DNA of 64,000 nucleotides from an uncultured Thermoleophilia bacterium (GTDB taxonomy: Bacteria; Actinomycetota; Thermoleophilia; Gaiellales; Gaiellaceae). Below, in pieces: positions 39,997 to 48,053 of this stretch (position 1 is its first letter; each line of letters starts with the position of its first letter). The stretch spans positions 146,426 to 210,425 of the forward strand of contig CAWFXP010000001.1 in assembly GCA_963819905.1 (NCBI GenBank), read 5' to 3'. The notes under the pieces were generated by a model. The model worked only from the letters and a program-made list of their open reading frames with translations, ran no database searches and had not been told where the DNA came from. A program made the translations under genes and the position numbers.

Positions 39997-41736
39997 TCAT
40001 GCGGTGATCGAGGCCTGGTCGAGGAAGATCTGACCGACGGCCGTGTTCACGACGCCGCTGACGTTCGATCCGAGGGCCGAGAGGAAGTTGTAGAAGTAGG
40101 CAAAGATGATCGGCGTCTCGTCGAGCAGCAGCGTCTGGATCTGACCCGCGATCTGCTGCTGGGTCTGGAGGTCGGCCGTTGCGATGAACTGAGGGACGAG
40201 CGCGTCGTACTCGCTGTTCTTGAAGTGCGCGGCGTTCCACGTTCCCTCGGATAGGAGCGGGGCAGACAGGAGCGTGTTCGGCACGCTGCGGTGTGCGTAG
40301 TCGACGAGGCTCATGATCGAGTCCAGCCACGGTGACGATCCGAAGACGCCGTCGCCGTAGTAGGTCCCGAGATCCTGGACGACGAGGTCGATCTCGACCC
40401 CGATCTCCCTCGCCGCGGCCTGGACGAGCTGGGCGTACTGCGGTACCTCGACCGTCTTGGCGACGTTCATCTGCGTCTTGAAGCCGTTGGGATACCCGGC
40501 ATCCGTCAGGAGCTGCTTCGCCTGCTCGAGATCCTGCGCCCGCTGCGGGACCGACGTGTCCGTCTGCGGGTAGAAAGGCGCCAGCGGGCTGTCGTTGCCG
40601 AGGTCGGCGAGACCCTTCCAGAGCGTCTCGATGATCGCCGGCCGGTCGAGCGTCAGCGCGATCGCCTGGCGCACCCGCTTGTCGTCGAACGGCTTCATGT
40701 CGGTCCGCATCGAGAGCTGCCGGTGAGGCGTGCCTATTGCCTTGAGGACGGTGAAGCTCTCGGGGTCAGCGAGGATGGCCTGTCCTCCCACGGCCCCGAA
40801 CTGGTCGATTGCGTCGATCTGCTTGCCGACGAGCGCGAGGATGTGGGCCTGCTCGTCCTCGTAGTAGGTGACCTCGACGGCGTCCAGAGGCGGAGCCGGG
40901 CCCCAGTAGGTCGGGTTCCGCGCCAGGCTTGCACCGACCTTCGGCGTGTACGCAGTCCGCGTGAACGGACCCGTGCCGATGAACGTGTTGTCCCAGTCCG
41001 CCGGGTCGTAGTTCTCCGGAAGGATGATCAGGTTGTAGTTGTCGGAGGAGACGATGTTCGGGAATCCGTAATTCGGCGCATCGAGGGTGAACACCACGGT
41101 CGTGTCGTCGCTCGCGACGGCGTTTCCCGGTGTGAGGACGCCGCCGAGCGCGGAGAGCGCGTTCCCCTTGTTGGCCGGATCGGCATGCAGGTTGAAGGTG
41201 TAGGCGACGTCCTTCGCGGTCATCGGCGTCGCCGCCTCGTCGTTGAACGTGACACCCTGGCGGATCGTGAACGTCCACTCGCTCAGGTCGTCGTTCGGAG
41301 ACCAGCTTTCGGCGAGCTGAGGCTGGACCTCGGCTTCGCCGAGCGACAGCGTGAGGAACTGGCCCGTCAACGCGTTCATGACGAGACCGCCCTGATCGAG
41401 AATCGTGACCGGGTTGAGCGTCCCGGCGGGCGTCGTCGACCCGAGCCGGAACGTACCGCCGGTAGCCGGTGGCGCCGTCTCGGCCGGAGCGCCGGTGTCG
41501 GCGGGAGCACCCGTGTCGGCCGGCGCCGTCGTCTCGCCGCCGGCGTCGCCGTCGCCGCCGCCGCCGCACGCGGCGGCCAGGAAGGCGACCATCGGGATCG
41601 ACATGCCGATGACGGTGCCGCGGCGCACAAAGTCGCGCCGACTGAGCCTGCCGGCCGCGTACTCGTCGATGATGTGGTTCTCGACCTCGCTCCGCTCCTT
41701 GCGGATCTCGTCGACCTTTCGCTGGGTCTCGTCCAT
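39997..41736 (-). CDS. ABC substrate-binding lipoprotein, family 5 (peptide/nickel/opine type), Tat signal
   Basis: SRRDFVRRG twin-arginine motif, lipobox LAAAC, a PADTGA repeat linker, family-5 fold length. Confidence 0.9.
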   Translation of the reverse strand: MDETQRKVDEIRKERSEVENHIIDEYAAGRLSRRDFVRRGTVIGMSIPMVAFLAAACGGGGDGDAGGETTAPADTGAPADTGAPAETAPPATGGTFRLGSTTPAGTLNPVTILDQGGLVMNALTGQFLTLSLGEAEVQPQLAESWSPNDDLSEWTFTIRQGVTFNDEAATPMTAKDVAYTFNLHADPANKGNALSALGGVLTPGNAVASDDTTVVFTLDAPNYGFPNIVSSDNYNLIILPENYDPADWDNTFIGTGPFTRTAYTPKVGASLARNPTYWGPAPPLDAVEVTYYEDEQAHILALVGKQIDAIDQFGAVGGQAILADPESFTVLKAIGTPHRQLSMRTDMKPFDDKRVRQAIALTLDRPAIIETLWKGLADLGNDSPLAPFYPQTDTSVPQRAQDLEQAKQLLTDAGYPNGFKTQMNVAKTVEVPQYAQLVQAAAREIGVEIDLVVQDLGTYYGDGVFGSSPWLDSIMSLVDYAHRSVPNTLLSAPLLSEGTWNAAHFKNSEYDALVPQFIATADLQTQQQIAGQIQTLLLDETPIIFAYFYNFLSALGSNVSGVVNTAVGQIFLDQASITA

Positions 41737-41865
41737 GCCCGGTTCTCCTCCCGTTCTCGTTCGGCCCTTCGCCGCTTATTGCAGCTGGCGCCGCCGGTGT
41801 CAACCGTCCGTGCACCTGAAAGAGACGTGCTCCGCGCCGCGCGGTTAGGCCCGCCCGGAACGCAT

Positions 41866-42553
41866 CTAGACCGGCCAGGCCTCCTTCCGGTGGCCCATGT
41901 CCCAGAACATCCACTCGTAGCGCGACGCCTGGACGAAGATCTCGCGGGCCCGCTCGCGATCGGTCGCCGAAAGCGTCGCGCCGAGGCGGTCGGTCAGCTC
42001 GAGCCACTCGCGCATGCCCTGCGCGTACTCCTCGCCTCCGTACGTCTCGATCCAGCGCCGGTAGGCGGGGTCGGGCGATCCGCGCGACAGGAGCTCCTTG
42101 CCGACCTCCCAGTAGATCCAGCCGCAGGGGAGCACGGCCGCCACCGCGTCGGCGTAGCTGCCGTTCTGCACGATCCGAAGCAGGTAGCTCGTGTACGCGA
42201 GGTTCGTCGGAGCCGGCTGCGCGGCGTCGACCTCGGCCGCGTCGATTCCGAGCTCCGCGAGCAATTCCTCGTGCAGCGTCGCGTTCCGCCGCGATGGCCG
42301 TCAGGGCGCTGCGCGTGAACACCTCGGTGTCGGCCTGCTCGGGGGCCCGGGCCCCCGTGACGGCGAGCGCCTTCGCGTAGTCACGCAGGTAGAGGCTGTC
42401 CTGCACGACGTAGAAACGGAACGCGTCCCGGTCGAGGGTCCCGTCCGTCAGCCCGCCCAGGAAAGGGTGGTCGAGGATGGCCGCATAGATCCCGCCGATC
42501 GACGACCAGAGATCCTGGGTGAGCGCTCCCCGCCCCGTTGCCACGCTCGCCAT
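41866..42553 (-). pseudogene. tenA: TenA/thiaminase II-like protein, with an apparent +1 at about 42277
   Basis: The N-terminus (HPFLGGLTDGTLDRDAFRFYVVQDSLYL) is in one frame. LHEELLAELGID...CGWIYWEVG...RYEWMFWD is in the next frame. Confidence 0.75.
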
Positions 42554-42640
42554 GGAGTGTCGAGAATACCCGGTCGCCGTGAACCGGTCCTGACGCCATG
42601 CCCTCCCGGGTAGGTTGTCCGGCGTGGGAGGGGGAAGCGC

Positions 42641-43801
42641 ATGCGCGTGAAGGACGTCCGTGCGACGGCCGTCAACGTCCCGATGGTGGCGCCCTACCGG
42701 TTCGCGTTCGGCTCCCTCGCGAGCTTCACGACGACGGTCGTGGAGGTCGAGGACGAGGACGGCGTCGTCGGTATCGGAGAGAGCCCGCACGGCGACCTGG
42801 CTCGCGAGGTGGAGGTGCTCGGCGCGGCGCTGGCGGGGACGCGAATCGACGACCTGAACGGCTGCGAGGCGCGCGTCCTCTCGCGAACGGGGTTCTCGCC
42901 GTGGTCGCAGGACGCGACCGCGCGCCGTGCCTTCGGCGGTATCGAGATCGCGCTCTGGGATCTCAGAGCGCGGCGTGAAGGACGCCCGCTCGTCGAGCTG
43001 CTCGGCGGCCGAGTGCGCGACGAGGTCGCCTTCACGGAATACTTCGCGCTGCGCCACGGCGCCGAGGAGACGCCAGAGGCCGTGGTCGCCTACTGCGAGC
43101 AGATGGCGGCCGAGCACGGCTCCCCGTGGTTCGAGGGCAAGCTCGGCGTGCTCGACGTGGCGGAGGAGTTGGCGATGGTCGGCGCCCTCTCGGAATGCCT
43201 CGGCCAGCGCCTCCTCAGGCTCGACGCAAACGGCGCCTTCACCGTGCCGACGGCGCGTCGCGTCGTCGCGGCGCTCGCCCGTCTCGGCATCCCTTGGCTC
43301 GAGGATCCCTGCCGGACGCTCGACGAGGTCGCCCGACTGCGTGCCGACGGCCATCCGGTCTCCTTCTCGACGCACGAGCCCGAGCTCGCACGGGCTGCCC
43401 GCACCGGTGTCCCCGACGCGTTCTGCCTCGACGCGGCAGAGCTCGGCGGCATCCGGCGAACGCAGGACTTCCTCCGGGCCTGCGAGGCGATCGGGATCGA
43501 CTTCTGGTGCTACAGCGGCGACGCCGGGGTCATGACCGCGGCGTACCTGCACCTGACCGCGAGCGAGCCCTCGCTGATCCATCCCCATCAGGCGCTCTTC
43601 CGCTTCACCGCCGACGTGGTGGTCGACCGTGGCCACTACGCCCCGAAGGACGGTCTCCTCTCCGTTCCCGACGGCCCGGGTCTCGGGATGGACCTCGACC
43701 GCTCGGCCCTTGCCCGGATGCACGAGCGCTACCGCTCCGAAGGCGCGATGCCGACCGGCTTTCCGGGCGAGCGGTCCGGCGGCGGCTTTCGCCGGCGGTG
43801 A
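42641..43801 (+). CDS. Enolase-superfamily enzyme (second paralogue)
   Basis: RLDANGAF, WLEDP and an N-terminal capping domain; about 386 aa. Confidence 0.8.
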   Translation: MRVKDVRATAVNVPMVAPYRFAFGSLASFTTTVVEVEDEDGVVGIGESPHGDLAREVEVLGAALAGTRIDDLNGCEARVLSRTGFSPWSQDATARRAFGGIEIALWDLRARREGRPLVELLGGRVRDEVAFTEYFALRHGAEETPEAVVAYCEQMAAEHGSPWFEGKLGVLDVAEELAMVGALSECLGQRLLRLDANGAFTVPTARRVVAALARLGIPWLEDPCRTLDEVARLRADGHPVSFSTHEPELARAARTGVPDAFCLDAAELGGIRRTQDFLRACEAIGIDFWCYSGDAGVMTAAYLHLTASEPSLIHPHQALFRFTADVVVDRGHYAPKDGLLSVPDGPGLGMDLDRSALARMHERYRSEGAMPTGFPGERSGGGFRRR

Positions 43802-45045
43802 CGTCCGCCGCGAGCGGCTCGCCGGGAGGTGTCAGGTCGATCCTGGCTGACCGCCGGGTGGCGACCGTCATCGCGCTCGCCTTCGTCGTGATGGTCGGTA
43901 CCGGGCTGACCCTGCCCATCCTGCCGCTCTATGCCCGCTCGTTCGATGTCGGGTACGGGGCCACGGGCGTGCTGATCGGCGCGTACGCGGCCGCGCGCCT
44001 CGCGGCTGACCTGGGGAGCGGCCTGGTCGTACGGCGGTTCGGCGAGCGGCGGACGGCTGCATGCGGCCTCGTCCTCGTCGCCGCCAGCGCCGCCGCGACG
44101 GGTCTCGCGCCGACGTTCCCAGCGGCCGTCGGGTTCTGGGCCGTGTCGGGAGTCGGCTCGGCGGTCGTCTTCTCGGCGATGTACAGCCACGTGATCAAGC
44201 TCGCTCCGCCCGGCGGCATGGGCCGGACGCTCAGCCTCCTCTACGGCGCCTTCAACCTCGGGGTCGTGGCCGGAGGGTTCCTGAGCGGCGTCATCGCCTT
44301 CGCGCTCGGCCTGGCTGCGCCGCTCTTCGTCATGGCGGGCGCAGCCCTCGTTGCCGCGGGCCTCTACCTGCGCTACCTCCCGGACGTCGGGTCGCCAGCG
44401 GACACGGAGGTGAAACCGGAGACGCACGGACGCGTGACGACGGGGCTGCGCGCGGTGCTCCGCCGGCCCGGCTTCGCGATGGTGCTCGTCACGAACCTCG
44501 CCTACCTGTGGATGATCGCGGCCGTCGTCGACACGCTGCTACCACTCTATGCCGGCGAGGAGATCGGGATGTCGACGGTCGGGATCGGCGTCGTGCTCGC
44601 GCTCCTCATCGCCGCCGAGTTCGTCGTGCTGTACCCGGCCGGAGCCATCGCCGACCGCCGCGGCCGTAAGGTAGTCATGGTGCCCGCGCTGGCCGCCCTT
44701 GCGGTGGCCACGGCGGCGATCGGCTGGACCGAGTCGGCCGTCGTCTTCGGCGTCGCCGCCGCGCTCCTCGGCGTCACGTCCGGGTTCGCCGGCGTTCCCC
44801 CGGCCGCGATGCTGGCCGACGTGGTTCCCCGCGCCGAATCGCCGGTCGCGGTCGGCGTCTTCCGGTTCGCGGGTGACCTCGGCTTCATGCTCGGCCCGCT
44901 CGTCGCAGGGTTCGTGGCCGGCGTGGCCGGGTTCAAGACCGCCTTCCTGGTGACGGCGATCCCGACTCTCGTGGCCCTCGGCTTCGTCCTGGTCACCCCC
45001 GAGACGCTTCGCCGAGCCGTCAAGCCGGTTCCCGCGGGAGAGTAG
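43798..45045 (+). CDS. MFS transporter
   Basis: 12 predicted TM helices, with RRFGERR and DRRGRK loop motifs; GTGA overlap. Confidence 0.85.
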   Translation: MTSAASGSPGGVRSILADRRVATVIALAFVVMVGTGLTLPILPLYARSFDVGYGATGVLIGAYAAARLAADLGSGLVVRRFGERRTAACGLVLVAASAAATGLAPTFPAAVGFWAVSGVGSAVVFSAMYSHVIKLAPPGGMGRTLSLLYGAFNLGVVAGGFLSGVIAFALGLAAPLFVMAGAALVAAGLYLRYLPDVGSPADTEVKPETHGRVTTGLRAVLRRPGFAMVLVTNLAYLWMIAAVVDTLLPLYAGEEIGMSTVGIGVVLALLIAAEFVVLYPAGAIADRRGRKVVMVPALAALAVATAAIGWTESAVVFGVAAALLGVTSGFAGVPPAAMLADVVPRAESPVAVGVFRFAGDLGFMLGPLVAGFVAGVAGFKTAFLVTAIPTLVALGFVLVTPETLRRAVKPVPAGE

Positions 45046-45055
45046 TATCGAGCCC

Positions 45056-46132
45056 GTGATCGACTGCGATATCCATCCGCAGCTCGGCAACGTGGACGAG
45101 TTCCTCGGCTACGTCGAGCCGGCCCAGCGCGAGTGGTTTCGGCTCCAGGGGCCGACGCTCGGCCTTCCCGGCTATCCCTGGAACCACCCGAGCTCCTTCT
45201 TCCGGCAGGACCTCGAGCACGGGGAGGCGCTCCCGCCGGGCTCGACCGCGGCCGAGGTCGTCCGCGACCTGCTCGACCCGTACGACATCGACGTGGGCGT
45301 CCTGAACGGCGACGACGCGATCTACCTCTCGCTCGTCGCCAGCCCCTACCGGGCGACCGAGTTCGCGCGCGCCCACAACGAGTGGATCCGGGAACGGTGG
45401 CTCGACGCCGACCCGCGCCTGCGCGGCGGTATCGTCTGCGCGGTCCAGGATCCGCTGGCGGCCGCATCCGAGATCAGACGGGTGGCGCAGGACCCACGCT
45501 TCGTCCATGTCGTCCTCGTCGGAGGGTCGGAGCGGCCGTACGGGGAGCCACGCTATCTGCCGATCTTCGAGGCGGCTGCCGAGTGCGGCCTTCCGATCGC
45601 AATTCACTCCGGCGGCGAGGGCATGGGGCTGGCCGCGCCCCCCGGCGGTGCCGGGATGCCGACCTTCTACATCGAGTGGCACACCCTGGGCTCCGCCGGA
45701 AGCATCATGGCGCACCTCGTGTCGCTCATCTGCCACGGCGTCTTCGAGCGGCTTCCCTCCCTCAAGGTCCTCTTACTCGAGGGCGGTCTCGCCTGGCTTC
45801 CCGGGATCCTCTGGCGGCTCGACACCAACTGGCGGGCGCTGCGGCTCGACACGCCGTGGCTCGAGCGCAAGCCGAGCGAGGTAGCCCGCGAGCACGTGAA
45901 GTTCACGACCCAGCCGCTCGAGCACACCGACGGCCACGACGAGCTGCTCTTCCAGATGCTCGAGGCGGCAGGAGCGCCGGACAACCTCTGCTTCGCCTCC
46001 GACTACCCGCACTGGGACGGAGACGATCCTGCGTACATGCTCAAGCGGCTGCCAGAGACGTGGCGCGAGCGGGTCATGAGCGGGAGCGCCGCCGAGCTCT
46101 ACGGCGAGCGGCTCGGCCTCGTCGCGGCGTGA
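45056..46132 (+). CDS. Amidohydrolase-2 family protein (ACMSD/LigW-like)
   Basis: IDCDIHP N-terminus, IAIHSGG, ...FASDYPHWD C-terminal metal motif. Confidence 0.8.
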   Translation: MIDCDIHPQLGNVDEFLGYVEPAQREWFRLQGPTLGLPGYPWNHPSSFFRQDLEHGEALPPGSTAAEVVRDLLDPYDIDVGVLNGDDAIYLSLVASPYRATEFARAHNEWIRERWLDADPRLRGGIVCAVQDPLAAASEIRRVAQDPRFVHVVLVGGSERPYGEPRYLPIFEAAAECGLPIAIHSGGEGMGLAAPPGGAGMPTFYIEWHTLGSAGSIMAHLVSLICHGVFERLPSLKVLLLEGGLAWLPGILWRLDTNWRALRLDTPWLERKPSEVAREHVKFTTQPLEHTDGHDELLFQMLEAAGAPDNLCFASDYPHWDGDDPAYMLKRLPETWRERVMSGSAAELYGERLGLVAA

Positions 46133-46482
46133 CCGCCTGGCACGACCTGGGCTCCTACGAGGAGCTCGAGCGCGCCGGGCGCCTGGTGGCTCGGGTCGAA
46201 GGGCGCGAGGTGGGGGTCGTCCTCGACCGGACCCGTGACCGGCCGGTCGGGATCCGCAACCGCTGCCCGCACAGCGGCGCGCCGATCTGCCTGGGGACGG
46301 TGCGCGAGCGCGTCTCCGGCACGCCTGGGCGCTACGAGCTGACCGGCGAGCCGGTTCTCCGCTGTCCCTGGCACGGCTGGGAGTTCGACCTCGAGACGGG
46401 CCGCTGTCGCGACGACGCGTCCTACCGAGTGGCCGTCTACCCGGCTGAGGTCCGGGACGGGCGGGTGCTCGTCAGGGCGTAG
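46129..46482 (+). CDS. Small Rieske [2Fe-2S] domain protein
   Basis: CPHSGAPI ... CPWHGWEF motifs; GTGA overlap; its TAG stop lies inside a REP copy. Confidence 0.8.
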   Translation: MTAWHDLGSYEELERAGRLVARVEGREVGVVLDRTRDRPVGIRNRCPHSGAPICLGTVRERVSGTPGRYELTGEPVLRCPWHGWEFDLETGRCRDDASYRVAVYPAEVRDGRVLVRA

Positions 46483-46621
46483 GGGCCGGACCTGTCCGGC
46501 CTTTCGCTGGGACGCCTGGTTCCCGGGCGGGACAGGTCCCGCCCCTACGGTGGCGTCAAATCTCGGGCGGGACAGGTCCCGGCCCTACGACGGTATCTGT
46601 AGGGGCCGGACCTGTCCGGCC
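46479..46621. repeat. REP-like element locus B: four copies (46479-46501 fwd, 46526-46548 rev, 46566-46588 rev, 46599-46621 fwd)
   Basis: GTAGGGGCCGGACCTGTCCGGCC and its G/C-swapped variant GTAGGGGCGGGACCTGTCCCGCC; they fill the convergent intergenic gap. Confidence 0.9.
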
Positions 46622-46625
46622 CTTC

Positions 46626-48053
46626 CTAGCCGAGCGCGCCGCTTCGGACGAGCTCGACGACCGGCTCGAGATCCTGGGGCACTGAGTCGCCCTCGTCCAT
46701 GAAGGGAACGAGCTCGCGGACGAGCGCGTAGGCTCGACCGGTCGCCTCGCCGAGCGCCGGCCTGCCGCGCAGGTCGACCGCCTGGGCGGCGAGGACGAGC
46801 TCGATCGCGACGAGCCGCTCCGTAAGCGAGACCATCTCGGCCAGCCGGCGGGCCGCGAGCGGGGCCATCGTCACCCGGTCCTCGATGCCCTCGGCATGTG
46901 ACGTCGAGACCAACTCGAACGAGACGGGCTGGGCAAGGAGACGGGCCTCGGCGGCGAGCGCCTGCGCCGAGATGCCGAACTCGGACACCGAGTTCTCGGC
47001 CAGGCCGGGACGTGGAGCAAGTCCCTCGGGCAGGTCGGTGAGGTGGGCCTGCAAGAGCTTCACCGAGCGCTCGCAGGCGGCCGCGATGACCGGCGCCAGC
47101 CCGATCCGCAGGTAGTCGAGCGCGGCGGCCAGCGGCAGGACGTCGAAGTTGGAGACCGACACGATCCGATCCTCGGCTGCGATCGGCAGCGGGTTGTCCT
47201 GCGATGCGTTCAGCTCGACGTCGACAGCTCGCCGGGTGAAGGCGAGCACGTCGCGGAGCGCTCCGTGCATCTGCGGGACGCAACGGAACGTGACCGGATC
47301 CTGGAGGTTCCGGGCCGTTCCCTCCGTCCAGAGGTAGCTGCCGCCGAGCAGACCGCGCAGCCGCGTGACCGTCTCGGCGAGGCCCGGATACGGCCGGGTC
47401 TCCGACACCCGTAGGTGGAGAATCGTCAGATTCGCGACGAACGCCTCGAGATCGAGTGCCGCGGCGACGTCGAGCGCGTCCGCCAGCCGAGTCGCGTCGG
47501 CGAGCGCGAGCGCCGCGAGGCTGGTCGAGAAGGCGCCGCTGTTCAGGAGCGCGATTCCCTCCTTCGCGGCGAGGCGATCGGTACCGAAGACCCCGTGCGC
47601 GAGGTCGGCCAGCGGGGCCAGATCGGCGAGGCCGACCGAGCCGAGCGATCGGACGGCCGGCACGCGATCGTCGTTCAGCGCCGAGACGAGGCGTTCGGCG
47701 AGCTCCGGGCGGACGCCGGGGAGCCCCGTCGCGAAGGAGTTCGCCAGTCGCACCATCGCGCCCCGCACGACGTCGTCTCCGAACGGCGGGCCCTGGCCTG
47801 TTCGGTGGTTGACGATCATCCGGCGGTTGAACTCCTCGTGCTCCCCGGCTCCGATTCTGACCTTCTTGCGCATCCCCACCCCGGTCGTCATCCCGTAGAC
47901 GGGGTCGCCGCGGGCAAGCACGTGCTCGACGAACGCGCGCGATTCCTGCATCCGTTCCATGGCGCCGGCCGACAGCTCGACCGGCTCCGAGGCGCGCGCC
48001 ACGCGGACGAGATCATCGAGCGTGAGGTCGCTTCCCGTGAGGACGACCGTCAT
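46626..48053 (-). CDS. Histidine/aromatic ammonia-lyase family protein lacking the Ala-Ser-Gly MIO triad
   Basis: VYGMTTGVG and ...NASQDNP... are family motifs. The expected GSVGASGDLAPLA reads GSVGLADLAPLA (aa 138-149). Confidence 0.8.
   Translation of the reverse strand: MTVVLTGSDLTLDDLVRVARASEPVELSAGAMERMQESRAFVEHVLARGDPVYGMTTGVGMRKKVRIGAGEHEEFNRRMIVNHRTGQGPPFGDDVVRGAMVRLANSFATGLPGVRPELAERLVSALNDDRVPAVRSLGSVGLADLAPLADLAHGVFGTDRLAAKEGIALLNSGAFSTSLAALALADATRLADALDVAAALDLEAFVANLTILHLRVSETRPYPGLAETVTRLRGLLGGSYLWTEGTARNLQDPVTFRCVPQMHGALRDVLAFTRRAVDVELNASQDNPLPIAAEDRIVSVSNFDVLPLAAALDYLRIGLAPVIAAACERSVKLLQAHLTDLPEGLAPRPGLAENSVSEFGISAQALAAEARLLAQPVSFELVSTSHAEGIEDRVTMAPLAARRLAEMVSLTERLVAIELVLAAQAVDLRGRPALGEATGRAYALVRELVPFMDEGDSVPQDLEPVVELVRSGALG

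Noticed and set aside
41560-41736. Long charged N-terminal extension (about 30 aa) before the Tat motif of the SBP
   Set aside because: A helical ..EY..GR.SRR.F.. pre-region is, as far as I recall, common in SBPs of high-GC Gram-positive and Chloroflexi-type genomes. It is probably a normal long n-region and not a misannotated start.
42554-42640. Possible TPP riboswitch in front of tenA (GAGAAUACCC and GAACC strings)
   Set aside because: The partial matches are on the plus strand, which is wrong for tenA. The GGGGUGC/CUGAGA P2-P3 region and the pyrophosphate-sensing helix are not present.
40766-43723. 985-aa minus-strand ORF
   Set aside because: Only the stretch 42278-42553 encodes the TenA N-terminus. 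The rest is out-of-frame or antisense reading of the SBP and enolase-family genes.
46479-46621. CRISPR array
   Set aside because: There are only 2-4 copies per locus. Orientations are mixed, spacings are irregular and very short (10-23 nt), and no cas genes are present.
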